Source: an uncultured Alphaproteobacteria bacterium (lineage in GTDB: Bacteria; Pseudomonadota; Alphaproteobacteria; Rhizobiales; Rhodomicrobiaceae). From it: a stretch of 64,000 nt of DNA. The stretch spans positions 507,058 through 571,057 of the forward strand of contig CAWEFZ010000004.1 of the NCBI GenBank assembly GCA_963808505.1, read 5' to 3'. A program made the translations under genes and the position numbers. A model generated the notes under the pieces. The model ran no database searches. It worked only from the letters and a program-made list of their open reading frames with translations, and was not told where the DNA came from. Positions within the stretch are counted from its first letter, which is position 1. Every line of letters starts with the position of its first letter. Shown here piece after piece: positions 16,853-26,021 of this stretch.

Positions 16853-19000
16853 ATGGCCATGAAACACATCCATATTCGGTGCGATCCGGTTCGACTTTCT
16901 CGAAAACTGAAGAAAAATTTACCGCTTGCGACCGGCATCGTTACATTGGCGGCCTGCCTTTCGATCGCCGCGCTGCTACCGGCGCCAATGAAAGAACTGC
17001 TGCGCGAGAACGCGTTCGACCTCGTGCTCGCTGCCGGCCAGCATTTTGTAACATCCCAGGGTTCAAGCTCGCCGGTCATCGTCGTCGATATCGATAGACC
17101 TTCGCTCGATGCCCTCGGACCCTGGCCTTGGCCGCGTGAAACGTTCGCGCGCTTGGTCGAGAAGATCGCCGCCGAGAAGCCATCGTCAATCGCAATCGAC
17201 GTGCTCTTCGAGAAGACGGACGATCGCTCCCCCGCGGCTCTTGCGCGGCGCCTGGGCGACTTGGCGGGACGCCCGGAGATTACAGCGCTCGCCAACCAGC
17301 TGGAGGATGGAGACAAGCGCCTGGCGAGCGCTATGGCGAACGCGCGCGTCGCTCTCGGCTTCGTTCTCGATCCGGAAATTGACATGACGCTCAATGGAGC
17401 GCCCATCGTGATCCGCGGAGCGTTGCCTTTCGATGACTTGTGGCAAAGCCGCGGTAAGATCGGACCGGCGCCCACTCTCCTGAAGTCGGCAAGCGGCATT
17501 GGAACGCTTTCGCTTCCCGGAGGCTATGACGGCGTGGTTCGCTACATTCCCATGTTTGTCGCCGCGGGGCAGCAAGTGTTGCCGGGTCTGGCCGTCGAAG
17601 CGATTCAACTCGCGCAAGGCGGGGCAAGCATTCTCATCACGGCAAAGCCCCCGGCGGTGGAACTCGCCGGCCGCCATATCCCGCTTCCTCGCAATGGCTT
17701 GCTAAGGCTTCTGCCTGTCCCTTTGCAATGGCGGCAAGCCCGCACGCTTTCTGCAGCCGATGTGATCGATGGCCGTATCGATGGGAGCCGGCTGCATAAT
17801 TCTTCGATTGTAATCGGGAGTTCGGCGCCAGAGCTTGGCGGCCTGAGAAAAACGCCGGCGGATCCGCTCCTGCCGTCGGCGCAGATCCAGGCGGACGCCA
17901 TCGAGCAGATGCTTGCGGGGCGCACGCCGCGCGAGATCGATGCGGCGGGCCTGTTCGAACTCGTTTCCATCTTTTTGGCGGGCGCCTTCGCGATCGCGGC
18001 TGGCGCCGCGATGTCTCCGGTCTTGGGGCTGGCAACTCTTGCGGCCGCCGGCGCCATCATGTGGAGTGCGGCAGTGATGCTCTCAATATTCACCGGCCGG
18101 CTTGCAGATCCTCTTATGCCCTCGATTGTGTCCTTAATTACTTTCGCGCTCACGTCAGGCACGGCCTATTCTTCAGTGCGTCTGCGCGGGCAGATGATGC
18201 GCCGGCGGCTCGAACAGCACTTAGCGCCTTCGGTCGTCCGCCAGATCGCCGAGAATCCGAGCCTGATAAAGCTTCAAGGCGAAAAGCGAGAGATTACCGC
18301 TCTGTTCACCGATGTCGAGAATTTCACCGCCACCATGCATCGAGCCGGTCCTGAAGAACTCCTTACCGTGCTTGACCGGTATTTCGAAGGAATTGCAGGA
18401 ATTGTGATCGAGCATGGAGGCATGATCGATAAGATTGTCGGCGATGGCGTGCATGCGCTTTTCAACGCGCCTGTCGATCTCGACGATCATCCACGCCGGG
18501 CCATTGAATGCGCCGTGGCCATTCGATCCTGGACCGAGGCTTACCGCTGCAATGGCGCGGCATCCCTCATTGGCCTTGGACGAACGCGCATTGGCATAGA
18601 AACAGGGCCTGCCGTGGTCGGCGATGTGGGCATCCGCTCAAAACTCGATTATACCGCGCATGGCGATGCAGTGAACATGGCCGCGCGTCTCGAAGCCGAG
18701 AACAAGCGATTTGGCTCAGCGGTTTGTATCGGCCCCGGGGCGGCGGCCCGGTGCGGAGCGCATCGATTGCGGCCGCTGGGATCGATTACCGTGCGGGGCC
18801 GCGCCGAACTTGTTACAGTTTTTGAGCCCTGGCCGGACGGCGCATCCCCTGAGTGGCGCGAAGCCTATGTCGCCGCCTATGGCATGATCGAGAGCGATCC
18901 AGGCCAGGCGGCCTGTCTTTTTGAAAGAGTTTCCGCCGCCTTTCCCACCGACGCGGTTCCTCGTCAAATCGCCGAACGGCTCCGGCGCTCGTCAGCCTAA
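16853..19000 (+). CDS. CHASE2 sensor domain-containing adenylate/guanylate cyclase
   Basis: An N-terminal CHASE2 region (VVVDIDRPSLDALGPWPWPRETFARLVEKI) and a TM cluster. The class III cyclase domain reads REITALFTDVENFT...GGMIDKIVGDGVHALFNAP...HGDAVNMAARLE. Confidence 0.9.
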   Translation: MAMKHIHIRCDPVRLSRKLKKNLPLATGIVTLAACLSIAALLPAPMKELLRENAFDLVLAAGQHFVTSQGSSSPVIVVDIDRPSLDALGPWPWPRETFARLVEKIAAEKPSSIAIDVLFEKTDDRSPAALARRLGDLAGRPEITALANQLEDGDKRLASAMANARVALGFVLDPEIDMTLNGAPIVIRGALPFDDLWQSRGKIGPAPTLLKSASGIGTLSLPGGYDGVVRYIPMFVAAGQQVLPGLAVEAIQLAQGGASILITAKPPAVELAGRHIPLPRNGLLRLLPVPLQWRQARTLSAADVIDGRIDGSRLHNSSIVIGSSAPELGGLRKTPADPLLPSAQIQADAIEQMLAGRTPREIDAAGLFELVSIFLAGAFAIAAGAAMSPVLGLATLAAAGAIMWSAAVMLSIFTGRLADPLMPSIVSLITFALTSGTAYSSVRLRGQMMRRRLEQHLAPSVVRQIAENPSLIKLQGEKREITALFTDVENFTATMHRAGPEELLTVLDRYFEGIAGIVIEHGGMIDKIVGDGVHALFNAPVDLDDHPRRAIECAVAIRSWTEAYRCNGAASLIGLGRTRIGIETGPAVVGDVGIRSKLDYTAHGDAVNMAARLEAENKRFGSAVCIGPGAAARCGAHRLRPLGSITVRGRAELVTVFEPWPDGASPEWREAYVAAYGMIESDPGQAACLFERVSAAFPTDAVPRQIAERLRRSSA

Positions 19001-19017
19001 AGTTCGCTGCCGATCAT

Positions 19018-19156
19018 CGTCATCCCGCCCAAGCGAAGCGCGAGCCGGGATCGCACAAAATCAGCGCCGCGATTTATTAAGTTCCCGGATAAAGCTCCGC
19101 CTTTCCGGGACGAACAAAGGGCATCCGTTGGCTTCATTGGGAAACTCTGCTTAGCC
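19018..19156 (+). repeat. Composite REP-like element, family A
   Basis: CGTCATCCCG..CAAGCGAAGCGCGAGCCGGGATCG...TCCCGGATAA.GC..CGCCTTTCCGGGA...CATCCGTTGGCTTCATTGGGAAACTCTGCTTAGC. Closely related copies occur at 44362-44478 (+) and 58312-58415 (-). Confidence 0.75.
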
Positions 19157-19181
19157 TGAGCCTCGACTCTGAGGTCGATCG

Positions 19182-19790
19182 CTACAATACTTGCGCGAAT
19201 AAGGCGTCGACACGCTTTTGTTTCCATTCAACAGGAACTGAGGGTTGTGCTCCTTGCGTTGCAAAATCGGTCCCCATGCCGCTCGTCAAGAGTACCGATG
19301 CGCCACCCCCTGACACTTCCACTTTGCCGCGGCTGACAAAAACCGCGAATTTGCCGTTGCTTGAGCCAGCAACAAATCTGGTGCCGCGAACCGCAATGAG
19401 CCCATAGGGAGTGTTCACCCGGTAGTTGCCCGGCGTTTGCCTCGGTTCCCGGTCAAACAACATCGTTCCCTGATTGAAATCGAGTTCTCCTCCCGCATCG
19501 ACAATATAACTTTCTATCCGCAGTTTGGTCTCCGCGCCAAGACGAAGCGACGTGTTCGAACCAAGGGCAAGACCAAGGCGGGATTCGACGCCGGTCCCAA
19601 CGAGGTCGCCGAGTAAAACTGGAGCTTTGACTGACAGCGGACGTGTTTTATCCTCTATAGATGCGGTCGCGTTTCCGGTCAGGTCCGATACTTTCCCAAC
19701 AATACTCTCCGCGCTACAATATTCCGGCCCAACAATCGTTAGTGTAGCGGTCAGCAGCAGCGCTTCACGGCGTGAAAATTGTATCGCCAT
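19182..19790 (-). CDS. FecR-domain periplasmic protein
   Basis: A Tat/Sec-like leader (RREALLLTATLTIV), then the FecR pattern VGKVSDLTGNATA...VLLGDLVGTGVESRLGLALGSNTSLRLGAETKLRI. It is convergent with the CHASE2 cyclase. Confidence 0.7.
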   Translation of the reverse strand: MAIQFSRREALLLTATLTIVGPEYCSAESIVGKVSDLTGNATASIEDKTRPLSVKAPVLLGDLVGTGVESRLGLALGSNTSLRLGAETKLRIESYIVDAGGELDFNQGTMLFDREPRQTPGNYRVNTPYGLIAVRGTRFVAGSSNGKFAVFVSRGKVEVSGGGASVLLTSGMGTDFATQGAQPSVPVEWKQKRVDALFAQVL

Positions 19791-20011
19791 GCTTATTCCT
19801 CTCCCAAAGAAGTATTTTCTGTTCTATTATATAGGCCCAGTCTTGTCTATGCTTTTGTTAATTCCTAAAACGGAGCCGCCGCGGCGCGCACGGGATGACG
19901 GCGAGCGGCGGTGAAGCGTTCAGCCGGATTCGGTATAACTCATGAACTGTTGGCCGGGAAGACTTCAACCGCGACGTTCGCCATGACGCCGTCCGCCGGG
20001 GCTGAGCCCTG

Positions 20012-20716
20012 TCACGGGGCATCGTCCTCCTGCGCGATCTGGGCAAGCATAGCGGGATCGCAAAAGAGCCGGTCCAATGTCCTACGGATAGCTCCGGTGG
20101 ATTCGAGGACGCCGAGCGCCGCGTTAACCTTCGGGCGGCTTGCGCCCAACAGCCGTGCGAGCTCGCTTTGCGAAAATCCAAGCTCAAGCGGAACGCGTTT
20201 GCCGGCTGCGTCTTGCTGAGGGGGCAAGGCGTGCAGGAGAAACCGGGCCAGGCGTACTTCAAGCGAGAAGAGCGCGATTGCCTCCAACTGCCCGCTCGTC
20301 TCCCTAAGTCTCCGGCACAAAAACTTCACCATCGCCGCTCCGATCGGAGCATACGCACGGATGAGTTGGTGCAGCGCGCGGTGATCGAGAGCGTAGGCGA
20401 TCACAGGCGTTAGCGCGGTCGCGTCAGCGGTTCTCGGACCGCCATCAAGCGCGGCGATCTCGCCAAAGAGATCGCCGGTGGCGGCGAGCCGGAAACTTAG
20501 CTCTCTGCCTGTATCCGATACGACCGCCAAGCGAACGCAGCCTTCGGCGATGAGATAGACGCTATGTCCGATGTCGCCGCGCGCAAACAGCATTTTTCCT
20601 TTCTCGAATTCGATTTTGCGAAAAGCCGCGGCGCAGGCCGCCAGTTCGGTATTAGACAATTCTTTAAATAGATCGGTCTTTGCCAGATGCTTAATGATCG
20701 TTTCTGTCTTCTGCAT
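20012..20716 (-). CDS. Crp/Fnr-family cyclic-nucleotide-binding transcriptional regulator
   Basis: The cNMP-binding fold reads FARGDIGHSVYLIAEGCVRLAV...GRELSFRLAATGDLFGEIAALDGGPRTADA. The C-terminal HTH reads FSQSELARLLGASRPKVNAAL. Confidence 0.9.
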   Translation of the reverse strand: MQKTETIIKHLAKTDLFKELSNTELAACAAAFRKIEFEKGKMLFARGDIGHSVYLIAEGCVRLAVVSDTGRELSFRLAATGDLFGEIAALDGGPRTADATALTPVIAYALDHRALHQLIRAYAPIGAAMVKFLCRRLRETSGQLEAIALFSLEVRLARFLLHALPPQQDAAGKRVPLELGFSQSELARLLGASRPKVNAALGVLESTGAIRRTLDRLFCDPAMLAQIAQEDDAP

Positions 20717-20992
20717 CGCTCTTGTCAGCGCCTAGAAAAAACGAACTTTCAGCGCCCCGGCCGCTTGCATTCAACAGAAGCGCTATGAAAGCAGTCGAAC
20801 CTTGCCGACCGCCGTCCAAACGCTTGTACGCGAAGACGCTCGCCTTCAGAATGACATGACAGTGACGAGAGTTTAGTGCCCAGCTTTTATTTTGAGAATT
20901 TTCATGCCATTGAAACTGCCGCGCTTGAACAGATGGGACGCTGACGCGCTTCGAGGCGCACAAGCCGCGCAACTGAAACTCGGCGTCCGCCC

Positions 20993-21943
20993 TTATCCGT
21001 TCCGCGGCGGACCGCCGGGGAGGGCATCGAGGATGGCTTTCGCCTTGGCGCAATCGTCCGCCATCTGCGCGGTAAGCGCGTCCATCGACCGGAACTTCAT
21101 GTCCACGCGAATGAACGCGATGAACTCGATCTCAATGGTTTTCCCGTAAAGGTCGCCGTCGAAATCGAAAAGAAAAATCTCCAGCACCGGAAGGCCCGCG
21201 TCGAAGGTCGGCCGCGTGCCGAGATACCCCGCGCCCCTGAGTTTCCGCCCTTCGACATAGGCGTTCACGGCGTAGATGCCGTGCATGAGCGTCACGCCTT
21301 CGTCGAGCCGGACGTTGGCCGTGGGAAAGCCCATCACGGTGCCCCGGCCCGCGCCGCCCTCGACGACGCCCGCAATGCGCCACCACGAGCCCAGCATCTC
21401 GGCGGCGGCGGCCACGTCGCCCTCCGCCAAGAGTTCGCGAATGCGCGTCGATGAAAATACGTCGCCGTCGTTTCCTTGCGCTTCCACCATCGTCACCCCG
21501 AACCCATGAATGCCGCCCTGTTCGGCAAGCACGCCCGGATTGCCGCCGCGCCCTTTGCCGAAGAAAAAGTTCCAGCCCACGCTCGCATGGCGGATCGCGT
21601 AGCCCTCAACCAGGATCTGCCGCACGAAGTCCGCGGCAGGCAACTCGGCGAGCGTCTTGTCGAACGGAATCACCGCCGTGAAATCGCAGCCATACGCGGC
21701 GAGCAGCTGCAATTTGCGCGGCAGCGGCGTGAGCCGGAAGAACGGCTTTTGCGGCTGGAAGTATTTTCGCGGATACGGCTCGAACACCATGGCGCCCATC
21801 GGCGCCTTCAGCCCGGCGGCCGTGGTCTGCGCCGCATGGAGCACGGCGCGATGGCCGAGATGAACGCCATCGAAAGTGCCAATCGCCAGCGACCCGCCCT
21901 TGAGCCGCCGAGGGACTTCATGCCAGCCATGGACAACGTCCAT
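20993..21943 (-). CDS. ribF: Bifunctional riboflavin kinase / FMN adenylyltransferase
   Basis: GTFDGVHLGHRAVL and GVTMVE...SSTRIR, plus the C-terminal kinase block GFPTAN...GIYAV...RPT....LEIFLFDFDGDLYG. The start is set at MDVVHGW; the upstream part of the 379-aa ORF is a MaoC-derived duplicate. Confidence 0.9.
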   Translation of the reverse strand: MDVVHGWHEVPRRLKGGSLAIGTFDGVHLGHRAVLHAAQTTAAGLKAPMGAMVFEPYPRKYFQPQKPFFRLTPLPRKLQLLAAYGCDFTAVIPFDKTLAELPAADFVRQILVEGYAIRHASVGWNFFFGKGRGGNPGVLAEQGGIHGFGVTMVEAQGNDGDVFSSTRIRELLAEGDVAAAAEMLGSWWRIAGVVEGGAGRGTVMGFPTANVRLDEGVTLMHGIYAVNAYVEGRKLRGAGYLGTRPTFDAGLPVLEIFLFDFDGDLYGKTIEIEFIAFIRVDMKFRSMDALTAQMADDCAKAKAILDALPGGPPRNG

Positions 21944-21960
21944 TCCGCCTCGCTTATGTT

Positions 21961-22080
21961 GAACCATCGGCGCCGCTTCGCCTTCGAGCGCCGCCTTGCA
22001 AACACATGGCAAAATCGCGCGTCTTCTCTCCGGGATCAAGTCCGTAATCGTAACGGTGGCGATCACTTCCGCGCCACTAT
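21961..22080 (-). pseudogene. Decayed duplicate of the 3' end of the MaoC dehydratase gene
   Basis: Aligns with 22340-22470. AEVIATVTITDLIPERRRAILPCVCKAALEGEAAPMV matches AEVIATVKITDLLPEKRRAIFSCVCKVAGKAVLEGEAVLMV, with a 12-nt gap. It is in frame with the ribF upstream ORF. Confidence 0.8.
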
Positions 22081-22127
22081 GCGCCAGGGATCGCCGCAGC
22101 CGCCGTCTTGGCCAACCACTCTCCTTT

Positions 22128-22220
22128 GTCATCCCGGAAGACGCTTGCGGCTATCCGGGATCGTTCCGGGCCGCAGCGCCTTTTGCGATCCCGGCTCGCG
22201 CTTCGCTTGGCCGGGATGAC
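22128..22220. repeat. ~95-bp palindromic MITE/REP-like unit, family A (GTCATCCCGG...CCGGGATGAC)
   Basis: Near-identical in architecture to 42785-42880. It has terminal inverted repeats GTCATCCCGGAA / CCGGGATGAC. Confidence 0.75.
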
Positions 22221-22316
22221 GAAGGGAGAAGCTGTCGGCCGGAATGATGCGATCTGCAGGCCGAATTGGCGGAGGCTGCTTAACTGTCCGCCTCCCCTCT
22301 GCGGCGCGCGCCGCGC

Positions 22317-22760
22317 TTATTTTTTCGGCGCGCGCGAAGGAACCATCAGCACCGCTTCCCCTTCGAGCACGGCCTTGCCGGCGACCTTGCAGACACACGA
22401 GAAAATCGCGCGCCTCTTCTCGGGGAGCAGGTCCGTAATCTTCACGGTGGCGATCACTTCCGCGCCGATATACACGGGCGCCTTGAAGTTCAGCGTCTGG
22501 GAGACGTAGATGCAGCCCGGCCCCGGCAGACGCGTGCCGAACAGCGCCGAGATGTAGGAGGCGGTGAGGATGCCGTGCGCGATGCGCTGCTTGAAGGGGG
22601 TGGCGGCGGCGTAGGCGTCATCGAGGTGAACGGGGTTGAAGTCGCCCGAGATGCGCGCGAAGGCCTCGATCTCTTCCGCCGTGACCGTGTGGGCGAGGCT
22701 CTCATTCATGCCGGCGGAGAGATCCTCGAAATAAAGCCCCGGCGCGATGTCGATTGGCAT
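22317..22760 (-). CDS. MaoC-like (R)-specific enoyl-CoA hydratase (hot-dog fold)
   Basis: ISGDFNPVHLDDAYAAATPFKQRIAHGILTAS is the hydratase motif. The internal start MPIDIAPG gives 147 aa. Confidence 0.85.
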   Translation of the reverse strand: MPIDIAPGLYFEDLSAGMNESLAHTVTAEEIEAFARISGDFNPVHLDDAYAAATPFKQRIAHGILTASYISALFGTRLPGPGCIYVSQTLNFKAPVYIGAEVIATVKITDLLPEKRRAIFSCVCKVAGKAVLEGEAVLMVPSRAPKK

Positions 22761-22903
22761 GGCTCCTCCTTTGCGTGTCCCGCGAGCGGTTTGGCGCGCG
22801 CCATGATGAGTGTATCGCGGACGGAAGGAGGAAACGTAGCGTTTTGTTGCGCGCCCGGCGGCGGTTGTGCTGTCGCGGCGAGGCCGATTTTGCCGATGCG
22901 GGA

Positions 22904-23521
22904 TCAGCCTTTGCACGTTTCCACGGCGATCTCGACGCGGCGGTTCTTCTGGCGCCCTTCCGGGTTATCGCTGCCGTCTTCGAATGTATTCGGCGCAATG
23001 GGCTGCGACTTGCCGAAGCCAACGATCCCCGCGCTTGCCGGCAAGACATCGCGCCGCGCCAGCCAATCCCTCACGGAGCGCGCCCGGGCTTCCGAAAGCC
23101 TCATATTATAGGCGTCGCTTCCCTTGCCGTCGGTGTGCCCCTCCACGCGCGCGGGCCGCTTCCCGCCCTCCGTGGCCTGCCTGATTTCCGGGATCGCGGC
23201 TTCGAGCGTCGCCTCGGCGTCCTCGCGCAAATCCGCCTTGTCGAAATCGAACAGCGCGTCGGCAAGCACGCCGATATGCGTCTCGCATTCCGTCGCGGTC
23301 GCCTTCACGGCCTCGATGCCCTTCGGCGCTTGGATTTCGCCGGGTTTTTGGATATCGCCAGCCTGCTGAATCTCGCCCGGCTTTTGGATTTGGCCGATTT
23401 GCGGGTTCCAGTTGCGCAGCTTCTGCATTTGTTCCGCGGATGGCCAGTTCCCGTCTCCGGCGAAGGCGGGACCGCCGGCAAGGAGGAAGGCGAGGACAAA
23501 GGCTTTGCTGACGAGCGGCAT
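22904..23521 (-). CDS. OmpA-family (peptidoglycan-associating) protein with a short tandem peptide repeat
   Basis: Signal peptide MPLVSKAFVLAFLLAGGPAFA. A repeat IGQIQKPGEIQQAGDIQKPGEIQAP follows. The OmpA_C block reads FDFDKADL...VEGHTDGKGSDAYNMRLSEARARSV. Confidence 0.85.
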   Translation of the reverse strand: MPLVSKAFVLAFLLAGGPAFAGDGNWPSAEQMQKLRNWNPQIGQIQKPGEIQQAGDIQKPGEIQAPKGIEAVKATATECETHIGVLADALFDFDKADLREDAEATLEAAIPEIRQATEGGKRPARVEGHTDGKGSDAYNMRLSEARARSVRDWLARRDVLPASAGIVGFGKSQPIAPNTFEDGSDNPEGRQKNRRVEIAVETCKG

Positions 23522-23932
23522 GGGACGTCTCCCCGGTGGGCTTGACCGAAGCGGCAAACCTACCATCGAGAGGCGAACGCGATGTTACCGCGATGATGAA
23601 AACTGCTCCCAAGCACGGGAAGAATTCCGGCGCCGATGACGCAAACTTGACCGCCCGCCGGCGTGGTTCGCATATCAAGCCGTTGGTGAAAACATCCTGC
23701 TCTGTCACGAGGCGGCGGTCTCTCGTAAGCCCGCTGTTGAATATCCTGCCGGACTTCCTCTACTTAGAAATTATGATAACTTCGAGACATTTAGGCTCTC
23801 GGCGCCCTTCGGTACGAAAAGTATCCGGGGTCCAGCCGAGGTAGTTATTTTTATCTAAGCTGTGTCTGGGTTGCACTATTGTAAGCCCATGGGGGATGCT
23901 AGGCCTGCAATTGCGCTTAAGGGAGAGCGGTT

Positions 23933-25558
23933 GTGAAGAAGTCTATGTTTGTTTTTCCGCTTTGTAGCGTTTTTGTTGCGGGCTGCATGAACACGCCTCC
24001 GCTTGTCCAAGCCACGGACGGCCAGGAAAGTCATGTAATGATCCGCGACGTCGTCCAGCGCGTGAAGTGCGAGCTATCGAACGCGTTCGACGAAAAAACC
24101 GAGCAGCCGGAGTACCGTTGGCTCTCGAACTGGGTTGCCCACGCCGATTTGACGCTTACGATCGCCGATAATGCCGGCCTTTCCCCAACCGGCAGCTTCA
24201 CGCAAACCCTTCACAGCCAGCTCAATCATGATGTCGGACCAGCTGGCCTTGTTGGCGGCAAGTTTCCTGCGGTCGGGCAAAGTTTCGTTGTGAGCGCGGG
24301 CGCAAATTTAAGCGGTACCGCCACGCGTACAGAAACGCTCAGTTTCACCGTTGCGCTGAACGAATTGAAAATGTGGCGGAGAGCGCTGGATCGGCTTGAA
24401 GCTGCCTATCCCCCTGAAAAGAGGTCGTGCAACTTCGGCGCGGCAACGGGGATCACTGGTAATCTCGGCCTTGAGGAATGGGTCGACGCCGCATTCTATC
24501 CGGCGGAAATCCGTCAGCTGGAAGCTGGCATCCACTCTGCAGCCAGCCCGAAACTGTCTTCGGTATCCTCGCCTTCGTCGGGTCAGCAGAAAAACGCGAA
24601 CCCCGCGGGAGGGATCAATATCGGCGCCTGGATCGATAACGTGAAAAAGTGGCAAAGAATTTTAACGGCTTTCGACCAGGAAATTGCATGCCCCACTTCT
24701 CCCGGCTCCAGCGCGGGAGGCAGCAATAAGACGACTGGCCTGGCTTCCAGCGTAAAAGCTGGCGCTAAATCGTCTAGCTCCGGCTCGGACCAGCAGACCT
24801 GCAATAAGACGCTGATTCAAAACGCGGACACGACCCTCAAGAGCGTTGAGGACACGGTAAACGAGAACAAGAAGCAAGTAAGCAAATATCAAGCGGTTTT
24901 GGCTTCTTATCTAAAGAAGCAATACGCATTTGTCGATGGAGAACTGCAAATAGCCGACCGTAATGTCAAGGTGTGCAATGATGCGTTGACGAAACTGATT
25001 GCGAACATCGGTGATGGTCAACGATGGGCAAAGCAACTCCTGGAAGCTTTGGAAGCGCCGAAAGACGGTAATTTCAAGCCTCTTCAGAGAACCGACTCGG
25101 TGGAAAGCTTACAAAATTACGATGAGCTAAGCACGTTGTATAATGAGCTCGAAACACTCGTGGACTCAGACTACCGAAGGAACGTGGTTCCCGGCACGGA
25201 CGCTATATTGCCCGATGTCAAGAGCAACCCGTTCATCGTCCAAATAGCTCAATGCGGAAAAGCGATACAGCAGATACAGAATTTGTCGCAAAACTTGCCC
25301 ACGCAAGTCGATCCGCCAATTGACGGAATTTCTCACTCCTTGACTTTCGTCCTGAATTATAACGCGAGCATCACGCCAAGCTGGTCACTGATCCAATGGA
25401 AGGGACCTGGGCAGACCGGGAACTTCTTTTCGGCAGGTGGCGTTAGAACCCACGGGCTGGTCATAGCGCTTTCAGCACCGAACGGAAACTCGTCGTTTAC
25501 TGAGGAACAGAGCCGGCTGATCCAGCTCCAAGCCATCAGGTCCATCGCCGGGCAATAA
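23933..25558 (+). CDS. Large hypothetical lipoprotein (541 aa), no family recognised
   Basis: GTG start after GGGAGAG and the lipobox FVAGC. The protein has a central Ser/Gly-rich linker, a coiled-coil-like middle region and a beta-rich C-terminus. Confidence 0.7.
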   Translation: MKKSMFVFPLCSVFVAGCMNTPPLVQATDGQESHVMIRDVVQRVKCELSNAFDEKTEQPEYRWLSNWVAHADLTLTIADNAGLSPTGSFTQTLHSQLNHDVGPAGLVGGKFPAVGQSFVVSAGANLSGTATRTETLSFTVALNELKMWRRALDRLEAAYPPEKRSCNFGAATGITGNLGLEEWVDAAFYPAEIRQLEAGIHSAASPKLSSVSSPSSGQQKNANPAGGINIGAWIDNVKKWQRILTAFDQEIACPTSPGSSAGGSNKTTGLASSVKAGAKSSSSGSDQQTCNKTLIQNADTTLKSVEDTVNENKKQVSKYQAVLASYLKKQYAFVDGELQIADRNVKVCNDALTKLIANIGDGQRWAKQLLEALEAPKDGNFKPLQRTDSVESLQNYDELSTLYNELETLVDSDYRRNVVPGTDAILPDVKSNPFIVQIAQCGKAIQQIQNLSQNLPTQVDPPIDGISHSLTFVLNYNASITPSWSLIQWKGPGQTGNFFSAGGVRTHGLVIALSAPNGNSSFTEEQSRLIQLQAIRSIAGQ

Positions 25559-26021
25559 ATATGCGCGTCCGCCGCAGACTACCCCGGCCGCGACGTGGCC
25601 GAAAGCGCCCAAGGCGTCGGGCCGCATAAGGATGGCGGCTTCGTCATCGTGCTGCCTGTCTGTCGAGCCCTCTCGATTTGCGGGATCGAGTCGCCTTTGA
25701 CGGCGACGGCGGCTTGGGTCGCAACCTGAAATACTCACGTTGAGCAAATCCGGGCGGCCAGGCCTCCGGAACCGGACCCACAGAGCCGGCGCCTCTTGCG
25801 GCGGCGCGTCCGCCACAATCGGCCCCAGATATCTTCATCGCTTGCGGGTTTTGTGCAAAACCCCTTGCGTCATAGTCATCTATGAGCTTGACGTAGCGGT
25901 TGAGCAATCAGCAGTCTGAACTCTTGGTCGCATTAACCGTGGTTCTATTTCGAATGTATGATTGCGAATCGGGGTGCGCATAAGCAAGAAGATAATTGCA
26001 TCGGGGGGACGCCGGCGATCC

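Noticed and set aside
20993-22132. A 379-aa ribF ORF suggesting a MaoC-RibF fusion protein.
   Set aside because: The N-terminal 60 residues are the translation of a decayed duplicate of the maoC 3' end plus linker. RibF homology begins at about MDVVHGW, and there is no reason to expect a hot-dog fragment to be functional. I called ribF from 21943.
23300-23420. A short-period DNA repeat (GATTTGGCC / GGATATCGCC ... encoding IQKPGEIQQAGDIQKPGEIQ), considered as a possible CRISPR or tandem-repeat locus.
   Set aside because: It lies inside the OmpA-like CDS, in frame. There are only ~3 imperfect units of ~24 nt with no spacers. It is a coding peptide repeat.
25559-26021. ORF 25644-25907(-), whose first ~27 residues (LLNRYVKLIDDYDARGFAQNPQAMKIS) look protein-like. 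I tested whether a homopolymer frameshift (GGGG run) would extend it.
   Set aside because: Neither the as-read continuation nor the frameshift-corrected one gives plausible protein sequence; both are Arg/Pro-rich. One of them runs into the 3' end of the lipoprotein gene. It is probably non-coding, or at most an eroded remnant.
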